A DNA stretch of 43,273 bases from Nemertoderma westbladi. Taxonomy: Eukaryota; Animalia; Xenacoelomorpha. The notes beneath the pieces were generated by a model. The model made no database searches, had not been told where the DNA came from, and worked only from the letters and a program-made list of their open reading frames with translations. The position numbers and the translations under genes were made by a program. Each line of letters opens with the position of its first letter. Position 1 is the first letter of the stretch. Where the stretch lies: NCBI GenBank assembly GCA_032718475.1, contig JAUCBJ010007726.1, forward strand, positions 1-43,273. The letters are read 5' to 3'. Positions 12,733-23,530 of the stretch are shown in pieces.

Positions 12733-13796
12733 GAATTAATAATTTATTCGCTATGCGGAGTGGGCTATCATATTTTGGCTTTAACTAACCACTCAAAGTA
12801 AAGTACAACGTTATTCCCGTGCTCTGCCAGTAATGGCAACCATGCCTCAAACAATAACTATACAGTGCCGTAGTCGTACTGTAGAAACCAGTTACCCCGT
12901 ATGCCAGGCCCAGGCTGTCAATTAATAATAAAATAAATAAGTATGGTGGGCACTGGACACTAGTCAGCCCTTGACTTTCTCGAGACGCAAAAGACACTGC
13001 TGGCCTTGAAGATTGATTCTGTTCAAAGGGTAGAAACACCCAATTTAATATACAGTATACGTATTGGTGTTGTTTTGGCCTGTTACCTTCTCCTAAAAGA
13101 TGGGGGGGGGGGGGGGGGGGGGGGGGGGTCTTTTCTTTGGTTTTTTCGGAAGTAAAAGGGGCGTTTATAAAGCATTTCATGCTTAATTCAAACACCCCCC
13201 CCCCCCCCCCCCCCGCAAGCCCCTCCCATACTGGCACGCAAAGTAACAATTATATAATAACATTGTATAACGTACAAATCGCCCATGGCGATGGCCTTGA
13301 CATAAAATATGAACGCCCCATAATAAACAGCTAAACCCTAAATAACTAAAACTAGGCATTGAAATTGAAACATATTGAATATTATACCAACACACCCTGC
13401 AAATTTTTTTATACCAATATCTAGCTAGATCTTTGCTAGGCCTATATGATTTAAAACATTTAACTATCAATACTATCGGCATAAGTAAGTTTTAATATTT
13501 CTTACAAATTGGGTCGGCTCCACGCCTAAAATATATTACTTTTAAAACAAAAATTCCCTGTGAATACCTCTGCCTTTCATCAATCCCCTGTGCGCCTTCG
13601 GGTTGGGGTGGTGCAGATTAAGACAGAAAGAGGGGGGTTGAAAGGGAGAAACTTTCCCCTCTCCTTTTATATTTATTGGCTGTTTGGTTATACAGTAACT
13701 ATTCACATACTTGTGTGTAAAGTAACACTTTACAGTGTGATGATCCGAGTGGCTTTGTTACACGAACGAACGTTAGTGAGTGAGTGAAAATAAAGC

Positions 13797-15059
13797 CATT
13801 CTCCTCAACATGTGCTCAAGATTTTACGATCTTTAAATAGCAACAAGGCTGCAGGCTTTGATGCAATTCCACCCATTGTTCTAATTCAGTGTGCAGGTGA
13901 ATTAAGTGAGTCATTGTGCAATATATTTAATTTGTCAATGGCGACAGGTATTTTTCCTGAGGCTTGGAAGAGTGCAGTGGTTATTCCCGTATATAAGAAG
14001 CTAGAGCGTAATATTGCTGACAACTATAGGCCAGTGTCTTTGTTGTCAGTTATATCTAAAGTATATGAACGATGTTTATGTGATCACATCATATATCAGA
14101 TTAAACCACTGTTCTCTCTTAGTCAACATGGTTTCTGTGCTGGTCGCTCAACAGTGACCCAGCTCATTGGTGCATATCATACTATTGGTAAGATTTTAGA
14201 TAATGGTGGGCAGGTAGATGTGCTGTACTTGGATTTTTCCAAGGCATTTGATAGTGTACCTCATACGTTATTGATTCATAAGCTAAAAAGCTTTGGTTTT
14301 AGTGGTGCAATACTGAAATTGATGGAATCATATTTATCAAACCGAAGGCAATGTGTGTCACACAATGGCTCAGTTTCCTATTGGCTAGATGTGCGGTCAG
14401 GGGTCCCACAGGGGTCCTTGTTGGGGCCCATTTTGTTCAGTATGTATATCAATGACATGCCGCGTGTGGCAGAACGTAGCTGGGACGTGGATCCTAGAAT
14501 ATTCGGTAATCTTTGCCATACTGAAACGTTTTATGCTTCTTTCTGTAACCGGATTGGGAAGGAGTGGAATAATCTACCTCTTGCAATCCGGAAAATCAAG
14601 AAGCTTTCAGTATTTAAACGTCAACTGTTTTTGCATTACAGTCGAGTAAGGATTCCCATATTTGACTGCGATAACCCATGTACATACATGACATGTTGTC
14701 ACTGTTCACGTTGTCGGGAGTTTAACAGTTGTTTATAAATATCGTAGCGGAATCCAAGCAATATTAGTTTTGGTACTGTTAACCATACTGATTAAGTAAA
14801 TAGGTTATTGTAGTGTCACTATTATCAGTTTAATTTAGTTAGTTTATTTTCTGCCATAACATTATATTATTATCAATTTATGTATTATATAATATCATAT
14901 GTAGCCTATAATACGTTGTTTTGCTTACAGTAGGCCTACATTAAGTAACGGTCAGTTATATCACAGGCGTGCACTACAATATGGTTATCAACACCTCCGT
15001 GCATTGTCTTTGTTATCTATATATAACATAAAGTTTAATAATAATAATAATAATAATAA
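13797..15059 (+). mobile_element. 5'-truncated, internally deleted CR1-like LINE with (AAT)n tail
   Basis: RT-like ORF followed by a ~300-bp UTR and (AAT)n at 15038-15059. Confidence 0.8.
13812..14738 (+). pseudogene. LINE reverse transcriptase fragment lacking YADD
   Basis: NYRPVSLLS, YLDFSKAFDSV and GVPQGSLLGP are present. After YINDMPRVA the ORF jumps to the C-terminal EWNNLP region. Confidence 0.85.
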
Positions 15060-15531
15060 CACCAAATACAATACTAAATGTACAGGCCAATACAATGCTG
15101 TAATGTTCTCGAAAGTTGTAAAGTGCTAAATAACAACTCGCTGTTAATACTAACGGCGTTGAGTAATGTTACAATTTTGGAATAAAATTTATTAAATATA
15201 GATTTTGTGATAAAATTGCTCAATTTTAATTTGTATCTCATAACTAAGTCTCGTGCTGCGCGAAGGCCTCTCGAACGTGTTATTAGTACGTTAGTTATCC
15301 TCAACGTACAGTAGTTGAGATAACTTTATTGGTATCATTGGTGAGGTACGTTAACATCAACCTGGTTGGTGTGACTAGTTGTTTCGGATATCAATATACA
15401 ACGCAAACCACAAAACCATTATTTGTTTATGTCACTTCTCTGGGGTCCATTCAAACCCTCGACAGGTTTGCTAACAGCAGCCTGGTCGAAACCCAGAGTG
15501 GTAGTGATCGAAGGGGGAGGTCGATATTCAA

Positions 15532-16112
15532 CTAAGATACGCACTCAGGGATCGTAATACCATTTCGAACTCTCACCACCCGACGAAATCTACTCACAAC
15601 GGCTTGCCGACGATATATTTGAGATATTTAACAGAGTCGAGTCATGTCTGTCTGTCATTGCTGTCTGTCTCTGTCAAAATATAACCGACTGCTCAACATA
15701 CAATGTGGATGACATCAAACACCAAAACTGGCATCGGAAATAAAATCAGCAACCAGAATAACCCCCAAAACAAAACGTTTTATCTAGTTGGAATGCTTTC
15801 CTTTTATTTTGACAGACAGAAAGACCGACAATCAGACTACACGAAAAATGAAAATTGACTTCGGAAATGAAATCAGCGACCAAAAAAAAAAAAGTTTTAG
15901 CTAAGTGGTATATATGTATGATGTCCTTATATTTTGACAGACAGATCGTCGGACAAAATAGTTTTCGTTAAAAGTGAAAACGATCAGGAAAATCCCACAA
16001 CATAACTTTTAGCTACAGTAGAAAGAATGCTTTTGTTATATTGTGACGGACAAACCGTCAGAAACACAATCCCAGACAGACAGCCATTTCACAGCCATTT
16101 ATACAGAGTAAG
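15532..16112 (-). mobile_element. Possible second Helitron-like/microsatellite-associated dispersed repeat
   Basis: Minus strand starts ...TGTATAAATGGCTGTGAAATGGCTGTCTGTCTG and ends ATCTTAG|T. The internal GAAATGAAATCAGCGACC motif recurs in the opposite orientation near 18590 and 37323. Confidence 0.35.
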
Positions 16113-16182
16113 GTTAACATTATCACTCATAACTTTGGAACTACATAAGCTATTCACATACAGACGGTTTGAAGTTTTGAAA

Positions 16183-16203
16183 TCTAATATATATAAATCT
16201 CGA

Positions 16204-16235
<32 letters not shown>

Positions 16236-18268
16236 GTGTTTGTCATCGGCTATACAATCGAACCCATCTCGATGAAATCTCGCTTGCTATATCTCGTTAG
16301 AAAGGTCTCGCCCTAACTCGTTGCAACGTAATACTCAGAGCCGTCTGAAGTTCGCCCGTCTGCCGCTAGAGGGCGATTTTCGTGATTTTCGGGCGAAATT
16401 TATCGAATTATTTCGGTTCTTCTATCGGTAATTAATTGTTTAGAGGGGTAACATTTATCCCACCTGGTATAAAATTAACATGGGTAGATTCGCCGTGTCC
16501 CATTCTCACAAAGTTTTTATTTTATTCGAGTGTTTAATATAAATATGTATGATTATTTATTGATTAAAAATCAAATAGTGTATAAATATGTCATATTCGC
16601 CAAGCAGGATCGAATTGGCCTATAGTTATTGAATAGGGAAGAATTGTTTTCTGTATCATAGCAACGTTAAGGTAATTATTGAACTCGCAGCTAGCTGGCT
16701 GGGCACAGATAAGGAGCAAGCAGGCTGGAGTGTTGATTGGGGTGGGTTTGGGTTGTCTGTTGCGAATTGCTCAGAGTAATTCTGCTTTCTCAATCATTGG
16801 CTGCATGGAAGGAGAGGTTTATAACATTTTTGTTTTACTGTTATGAATATTAAAAGTAAAATAATTATTTCTGTAGGCCTATACTTACTGTATTATTATT
16901 TTATCTAATATTATACATCTAATCTCGATGAAATCTCGCTTACTATAGCTCGTTAGATAGGTCTCGCCCTAACTCGTTGCAACGTAATACTCAGAGCCGT
17001 CTGAAGTTCCCCCATCTGCCGCTAGAGGGCGAATTGTCCGATAGTGAAAACCTGATCTCATTGGGTTGTTTTTAATGCTTTTGAGCTGAAACTTGGTAGC
17101 TATATACTGCAGCATAGGCTGTATATTTCCGGAGTCACTGAGTTGTCCACAGTTCCCCAGTCTACCGTTAGAGGGCTAAATGTCTGAGAGTTAACATCTT
17201 CTCCAACTTTGTTATTTATAATCCATTTAGACTGAACTTGGTAGGCATCTACTACAGCATAGGCTATATCTTTACTGAGTCGTGCAGAGTTGTCTACATT
17301 ACCCGCGTCTGCCGCTAGAGGGCGAAATGTATGAAAGTTAACATCTCCTCCAACTTTGTTATTTACAATCCTTTTAGACTGAAACTTGGTAGGCATCTAC
17401 TATAGCATAGGCTATATCTTTGCGGAGTAGTAGAGTCGTCTACAGTTCCACAGTCAGCCGCTAGAGGGCGAATTTTCTGATAGTGAATACCTCATCCCAT
17501 TTGGTTCTTTTTAATCATTTTGAGCTGAAACTTGGTTGGTATCTACTACATCATAGGCTGTATCTTTACGGGGTTGCAGAATCCTATTCACTTCCCCAGT
17601 CTACCGCTAGAGGGTGAAATGTCTGAAAGTTAACATCTTCTCCAACTTTGTTATTTACTAACGGTTTAGACTGAAACTTGGTAGGCATCTACTACAGCAT
17701 AGGCTGTACCTTTACGGAGTCACAGAGTTGTATACAGTCCCCCCATCTGCCGCTAGAGGGCGACATATCTGATAGTGAACACCTCATCCCATTTGGTTCT
17801 TTTTAATCCTATTGAGCTGGAACTTGGCAGGAATCTACTACAGCATATTCTGTATCTTTACGGAGTCCCAGAGTCGTCTACAGTTCTTCAGTCTACCGCT
17901 AGAGGGTGAAATGTCTGAATGTGAACATCTACACCAATTTTGTTATTTACAATCTGTTTAAGCTGAAACTTGAAAGGCAGGCATTTTACTTCACCATAAA
18001 CCCCATCTTTACCAAACTGCAGCGCCGTCTGCATTTCACCAGTCCGCAGGTAGAGGGTGGATCTGAAAGTGATCATTTTCTGAAAATTTTGATATTTACA
18101 ATCTGCCTAAAGTTGAAACTTGACAGTTATCTCTTACAGTATGGGGGTGGTGTTTTATTTAATGATGGTGTCTGTTCCGTATGCAGTTCTCAAATCTCCC
18201 ACACATATTCATATATCATCTGCACGTGCACTAGAAAGCTGTGGCCCGAAGGGCCACAGGCTTTCTAG
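16183..18268 (+). mobile_element. Non-autonomous Helitron-like element, copy 1
   Basis: A|TC 5' end, (GTCT)7 near the 5' end, internal tandem subrepeats, 3' GC-rich hairpin TGTGGCCC-GAA-GGGCCACA, CTAG|T terminus and no TSD. Near-identical to 20743-22950. Confidence 0.85.
17010..18130 (+). repeat. ~146-bp tandem subrepeats inside Helitron copy 1
   Basis: Anchor CCGCTAGAGGG (or a variant) at 17019, 17165, 17312, 17458, 17604, 17750 and 17896, with a degenerate copy at ~18044. Confidence 0.9.
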
Positions 18269-18334
18269 TCCTTATAGAAATCTGGACCAGAGGGGATTGG
18301 AAATGAAAAATCGATTCTTTTTTATGAATTAGTC

Positions 18335-18367
<33 letters not shown>

Positions 18368-19935
18368 AGAATGTTATCATGGAAACAGTAATCAGACAGC
18401 TGGAATTTTCACTGTGGGGGTTTTGTGGTCGTTGATTTAAATTCTGATGTCTGTTTAGTTTTCATGTTTGTCAAAATCTAGTCAGCCTGACTGGCTATCC
18501 GTCGGAATGTCTGTCTGTTGGTTTGTCCGTCAAAATGTAATAAAACACACGACATGACATAGTTAAAAGTTTCGCTTTGGAGCTCTCCTGGTCGGTGATT
18601 TCATTTACGATTTCAGTTTTGATTTTTGAGTGAATTATGTATGTCTGTCTCTCAGTCTGGCTGTCTGCCGGCCTGTCTTTTTGTCTGTTGGAATGCCCGG
18701 GCAACCCTGTTGAAAATCCCTGCTACACATACTAAGTACTTGTAAAGTCTACTTGCTATCTTCTTAACAAGTACTTGCCAAGATATGTAAAGTATATCAC
18801 TTAATAAGCCAAATCTTTCTATGAATGTAAAGTTTTAATTAGGCACTTGGTAATTGTAAACAGTATGTCATGTAAATAGAAAGTAATTATAAATTTATCA
18901 ATGCAAATTATAATATAAAACTCAAACGTGAGACTGACCAATCACTGCACTGTGCAGTGCATGTGTGTGCATGTTCTGTGTAGATGGGAGGGTGGTGGGG
19001 GGTGTACCATATCCAATCCCTACACCCTACATTCTACAGGCCTACACCTACAATACCCTATACATTTTAGAACAGGAAACAGCAGAGTATATATGAAAAT
19101 ATTTAATCCATAGTGATATGAGAGTATCCTTGATATATTTTGGTGATGACCCACATATTCGTATTCGATTAGTTACATTAATATAATTTATCTTATTTTC
19201 AGACAAAATAGAATATTCATATTGATAAATCTATGACAATTTATTAACTTAAAGACCTTGTAATAGGTGATTTGACATTTTATATCTATTCAAAAATGTA
19301 AACAATACACAAAAGCAATTGAAGCATAAGAAATCTGTACAATTAAAAAATAATGTTTTGCGATTAAAAAAATTTATCTTGCTATATTAAAAACTTGAAC
19401 ATTCCAATACCCATATATCTGCTTTATCTCAACAAAATTTTATGGTATTTGGTTTAAACAAAACAAAGTTTTTCGGATTTCTTTCTTCATTATTTTCTTT
19501 TCTTGTTTCTTTCTAACAAAGCAGCTTTGGTAATCAGAGGAATCACGCATTAAATCACCAAAAATGAACGCAAAACTGAATAATGTAATAGGAATGCTAA
19601 ATATTCGTTTGTTTTGGTTCATATTCAATTTCGATCCAGTTAGGACATTAAATTACCTAATGTCAATGTCCCAATTTGATATATTACTAACAACGTCAGC
19701 ATTTTTTTACCTATATTAAACGATATTTCATAGATTGCTGTGTTCCGGTCTGGTAGTAGGCATAATTGTTTTGTTTACGTCCCTGTCAGTAACGAATACG
19801 TCGTTCCTGAAAAAAAATTAAAAAATTATTACGGTCCAGAAAACATATAAAAATGGGTTATTGCCTGTACAAAATTATCCACAGCACATATGTGCACAAA
19901 ATTGTGCTTGGATTGAACTATCGAATACATATCGA

Positions 19936-20169
19936 GAACATCAATTGGAACTAGAAGACGTAAATGATGAGCCTAGAGAATTTATAGATTACCTTTTAGC
20001 CTCACAGATGAAAGAAATAAGAGAAACTCAAACATCTGATATTTTTACTGATTTCGGGATTATTTCAATTATATTTGATATGTTTGGTGCTGGCACAGAA
20101 ACTACATCAAAGGCATTGGATTGGTTGATATTAGCGTTAACAAAACATACAAACGTACAAAATGAAATA
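19936..20169 (+). pseudogene. Cytochrome P450 (CYP2 clan-like) gene fragment, H-I-J helix region
   Basis: PREFIDYLL and DMFGAGTETTSKALDWLILALTKHTNVQ match the CYP2-clan H helix and I-helix AGxETT motif. No ExxR, PERF or heme-Cys motif was recognised nearby. Confidence 0.75.
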
Positions 20170-20742
20170 ATGTTTCGTTTATTAGTTTGCTTTGAAAACA
20201 CCACCATTGTAACCTACCCCTTCCCCTAATGCTTTATAAATTAAATTAAATGACCTTTTAACCCTCTAACCAAACAGTGTTTGTGGTCAATTTGTGCCAT
20301 TAGCCATTATATTACTTTCAATCGATTCTACGGTCCAGAAAACATATAAAAATGCGTTTAAATGAAAACTTTGTATTTTTTTTTATTTTTTAATTTTTCA
20401 AAAGGAATTATTTTTTTCATATTTTTGAAAGTAATTTTTTCATTTTTTTTCGAAAGTATCTGTTTCATTCTTTATGTGTAGTGATTTCAGGCTTTTCGTT
20501 TCATTTCCTAATCATAGGCAGTAGAGTAATATGGTAATGTAGAGTAGTAGGACTATAGGTCCTTTTCACTGTGCCATTATTGCTATTAAATTACTGTAGA
20601 TACAGTATCGTTCGTTTTGAATTGGATATTATAATACATTTTCATGAGCACAATGTTATATTTAACGATACGGCTTAGCTGGCTTAGGAATTTTCCCGAA
20701 TAGATGTATGGCCACCACGCCACTGAATCAGAGTAGCAATAA

Positions 20743-20763
20743 TCTAATATATATAAATCTCGA

Positions 20764-20807
<44 letters not shown>

Positions 20808-22950
20808 GTGTTTGTCATCGGCTATACAATCGAACCCATCTCGATGAAATCTCGCTTGCTATAGCTCGTTAGAAAGGTCTCGCCCTAACTCGTTGCAACG
20901 TAATACTCAGAGCCGTCTGAAGTTCGCCCGTCTGTCGCTAGAGGGCGATTTTCGTGATTTTCGGGCGAAATTTATCGAATTATTTCGGTTCTTCTATCGG
21001 TAATTAATGATTTAGAGGGCTAATATATATAAATCTCGATTGTCTGTCTGTCTGTCTGTCTGTCTGTGTGTTTGTCATCGGCTATACAATCGAACCCATC
21101 TCGATGAAATCTCGCTTGCTATAGCTCGTTAGAAAGGTCTCGCCCTAACTCGTTGCAACGTAATACTCAGAGCCGTCTGAAGTTCGCCCGTCTGTCGCTA
21201 GAGGGCGATTTTCGTGATTTTCGGGCGAAATTTATCGAATTATTTCGGTTCTTCTATCGGTAATTAATGATTTAGAGGGCTAACATTTATCCCACCTGGT
21301 ATAAAATTAACATGGGTAGATTCGCCGTGTCCCATTCTCACAAAGTTTTTATTTTATTCGAGTGTTTAATATAAATATGTATGATTATTTATTGATTAAA
21401 AATCAAATAGTGTATAAATATGTCATATTCGCCAAGCACGATCGAATTGGCCTATTGGTATTGAATAGGGAAGGATTGTTTTCTGTATCATAGCAACGTT
21501 AAGGTAATTATTGAACTCGCAGCTAGCTGGCTGGGCACAGATAAGGAGCAAGCAGGCTGGAGTGTTGATTGGGGTGGGTTTGGGTTGTCTATTGCTAATT
21601 GCTCAGAGTAATTCTGCTTTTTCAATCATTGGCTGCATGGAAGGAGAGGTTTATAACATTTTTGTTTTACTGTTATGAATATTAAAAGGAAAATAATTAT
21701 TTCTGTAGGCCTATACTTACTGTATTATTATTTTATCTAATAGTATACATCTAATCTCGATGAAATCTCGCTTACTATAGCTCGTTAGATAGGTCTCGCC
21801 CTAAGTCGTTGCAACGTAATACTCAGAGCCGTCTGAAGTTCCCCCGTCTGCCGCTAGAGGGCGAATTGTCCGATAGTGAAAACCTGATCTTATTGGGTTG
21901 TTTTTAATGCTTTTGAGCTGAAACTTGGTAGCTATATACTGCAGCATAGGCTGTATTATTTCCGGAGTCACTGGGTTGTCTACAGTTCCCCACTCTACCG
22001 TTAGAGGGCTAAATGTCTGAGAGTTAACATCTTCTCCAACTTTGTTATTTACAATCCGTTTAGACTGAAACTTGGTAGGCATCTACTACAGCATAGACTG
22101 TATCTTTACTGAGTAGCAGAGTCGTCTACAATTCCCCGGTCTACCGCTAGAGGGCGAAATGTCTGAAAGTTAACATCTTCTCCAACTTTGTTATTTATAA
22201 TCCATTTAGACTGAACTTGGTAGGCATCTACTACAGCATAGGCTATATCTTTACTGAGTCGCGCAGAGTTGTCTACAGTACCCGTGTCTGCCGCTAGAGG
22301 GCGAAATGTATGAAAGTTAACATCTTCTCCAACTTTGATATTTACAATCCTTTTAGACTGAAACTTGGTAGGCATCTACTACAGCATAGGCTCTACATTT
22401 ACTGAGTCGCAGAGTTGTATACAGTTCCCCTATCTGCCGCTAGAGGGCGAATTGTCTGTTAGTGAACACCTCATCCCAATTGGTTCTTTTTAATCCCTTT
22501 GAGCTGGAACTTGGCAGGAATCTACTACAGCATATTCTGTATCTTTACGGAGTCCCAGAGTCGTCCACAGTTCTTCAGTCTACCGCTAGAGGGTGAAATG
22601 TCTGAATGTGAACATCTACATCAATTTTGTTATTTACAATCTGTTTAAGCTGAAACTTGAAAGGCAGGCATTTTACTTTACCATAAACCCCATCTTTACC
22701 AAACTGCAGCGCCGTCTGCATTTCACCAGTCCGCAGGTAGAGGGTGGATCTGAAAGTGATCATTTTCTGGAAATTTTGTTATTTACAATCTGCCTAAAGT
22801 TGAAACTTGACAGTTATCTCTTATGGGGGTGGTGTTTTATTTAATGATGGTGTCTGTTCCGTATGCAGTTCTCAAATCTCCCACACATATTCATATATAA
22901 TCTGCACATGCACTAGAAAGCTGTGGCCCGAAGGGCCACAGGCTTTCTAG
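20743..22950 (+). mobile_element. Non-autonomous Helitron-like element, copy 2 (5' end tandemly duplicated)
   Basis: Same A|TC...hairpin-CTAG|T termini. The first ~270 bp are repeated (20744-21019 and 21020-21279). Confidence 0.85.
21840..22810 (+). repeat. ~146-bp tandem subrepeats inside Helitron copy 2
   Basis: Anchors at 21851, 21998, 22144, 22291, 22437 and 22583, with a degenerate copy at ~22731. Confidence 0.9.
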
Positions 22951-23154
22951 TTATACTAATAATTATTAAATTCTCTACCCCCCCCCCCCCCCCCCCCCCC
23001 AACACCACCTCACATTCCAAACTTATTTCTCCAATAAATTGCGAACGATTCCTCTATATATAGGGCCATTTACATTGTGAACTTTAGCTGTTGTCATATC
23101 TTAATGAGGGCTACGTGTGTTGGTTGTTATTCGTTATTTTAACCTGCATCTAGG

Positions 23155-23280
23155 AGGATCGACATGCTGCATTGCAGCTGCATTTTTAAGAATGCTGTGC
23201 CGGCTTGTCAACAAAATTGCACCGCCACAACTCCCTATCACCCATGACATTTGCTAGATCATCCGCATCTTCAAGGCCAG
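23155..23280 (-). mobile_element. 126-bp 3'-end fragment of the RTE element
   Basis: Matches 32040-32165 with one mismatch. Confidence 0.9.
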
Positions 23281-23530
23281 AATTGCTATTTTCACTTAAT
23301 TAACAGCTTTAATGGAACATATGTGCAGCACATATGGAACACTATTCAGTTATTAAGACAATTTTTTTTATCGAATGAACTATTTGTTGAAACGTGCTGT
23401 TGATGGGGGTCAGTTTAATATCTTGGGTACCTTAACATACAAAATCACACGTTGGGTCAGATGAAACAGCACATCACTACTTATTCCACTGCCCCGATCG
23501 TCAGCTGAGTATCAGATCACTCGATAAATC

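Noticed and set aside
12785-13334. Poly-Pro/poly-Gly ORFs
   Set aside because: Artefacts of G/C homopolymer tracts.
18718-18988. Possible small CCC...GGG TIR element
   Set aside because: Only a 10/12 terminal match, and the flanking dinucleotides do not form a TSD.
17100-22844. Short ORFs (MPTKFQSKRIV..., MITFRSTLY...) in the Helitron copies
   Set aside because: Translations of non-coding subrepeats. No Rep/helicase motifs, and the frames differ between copies.
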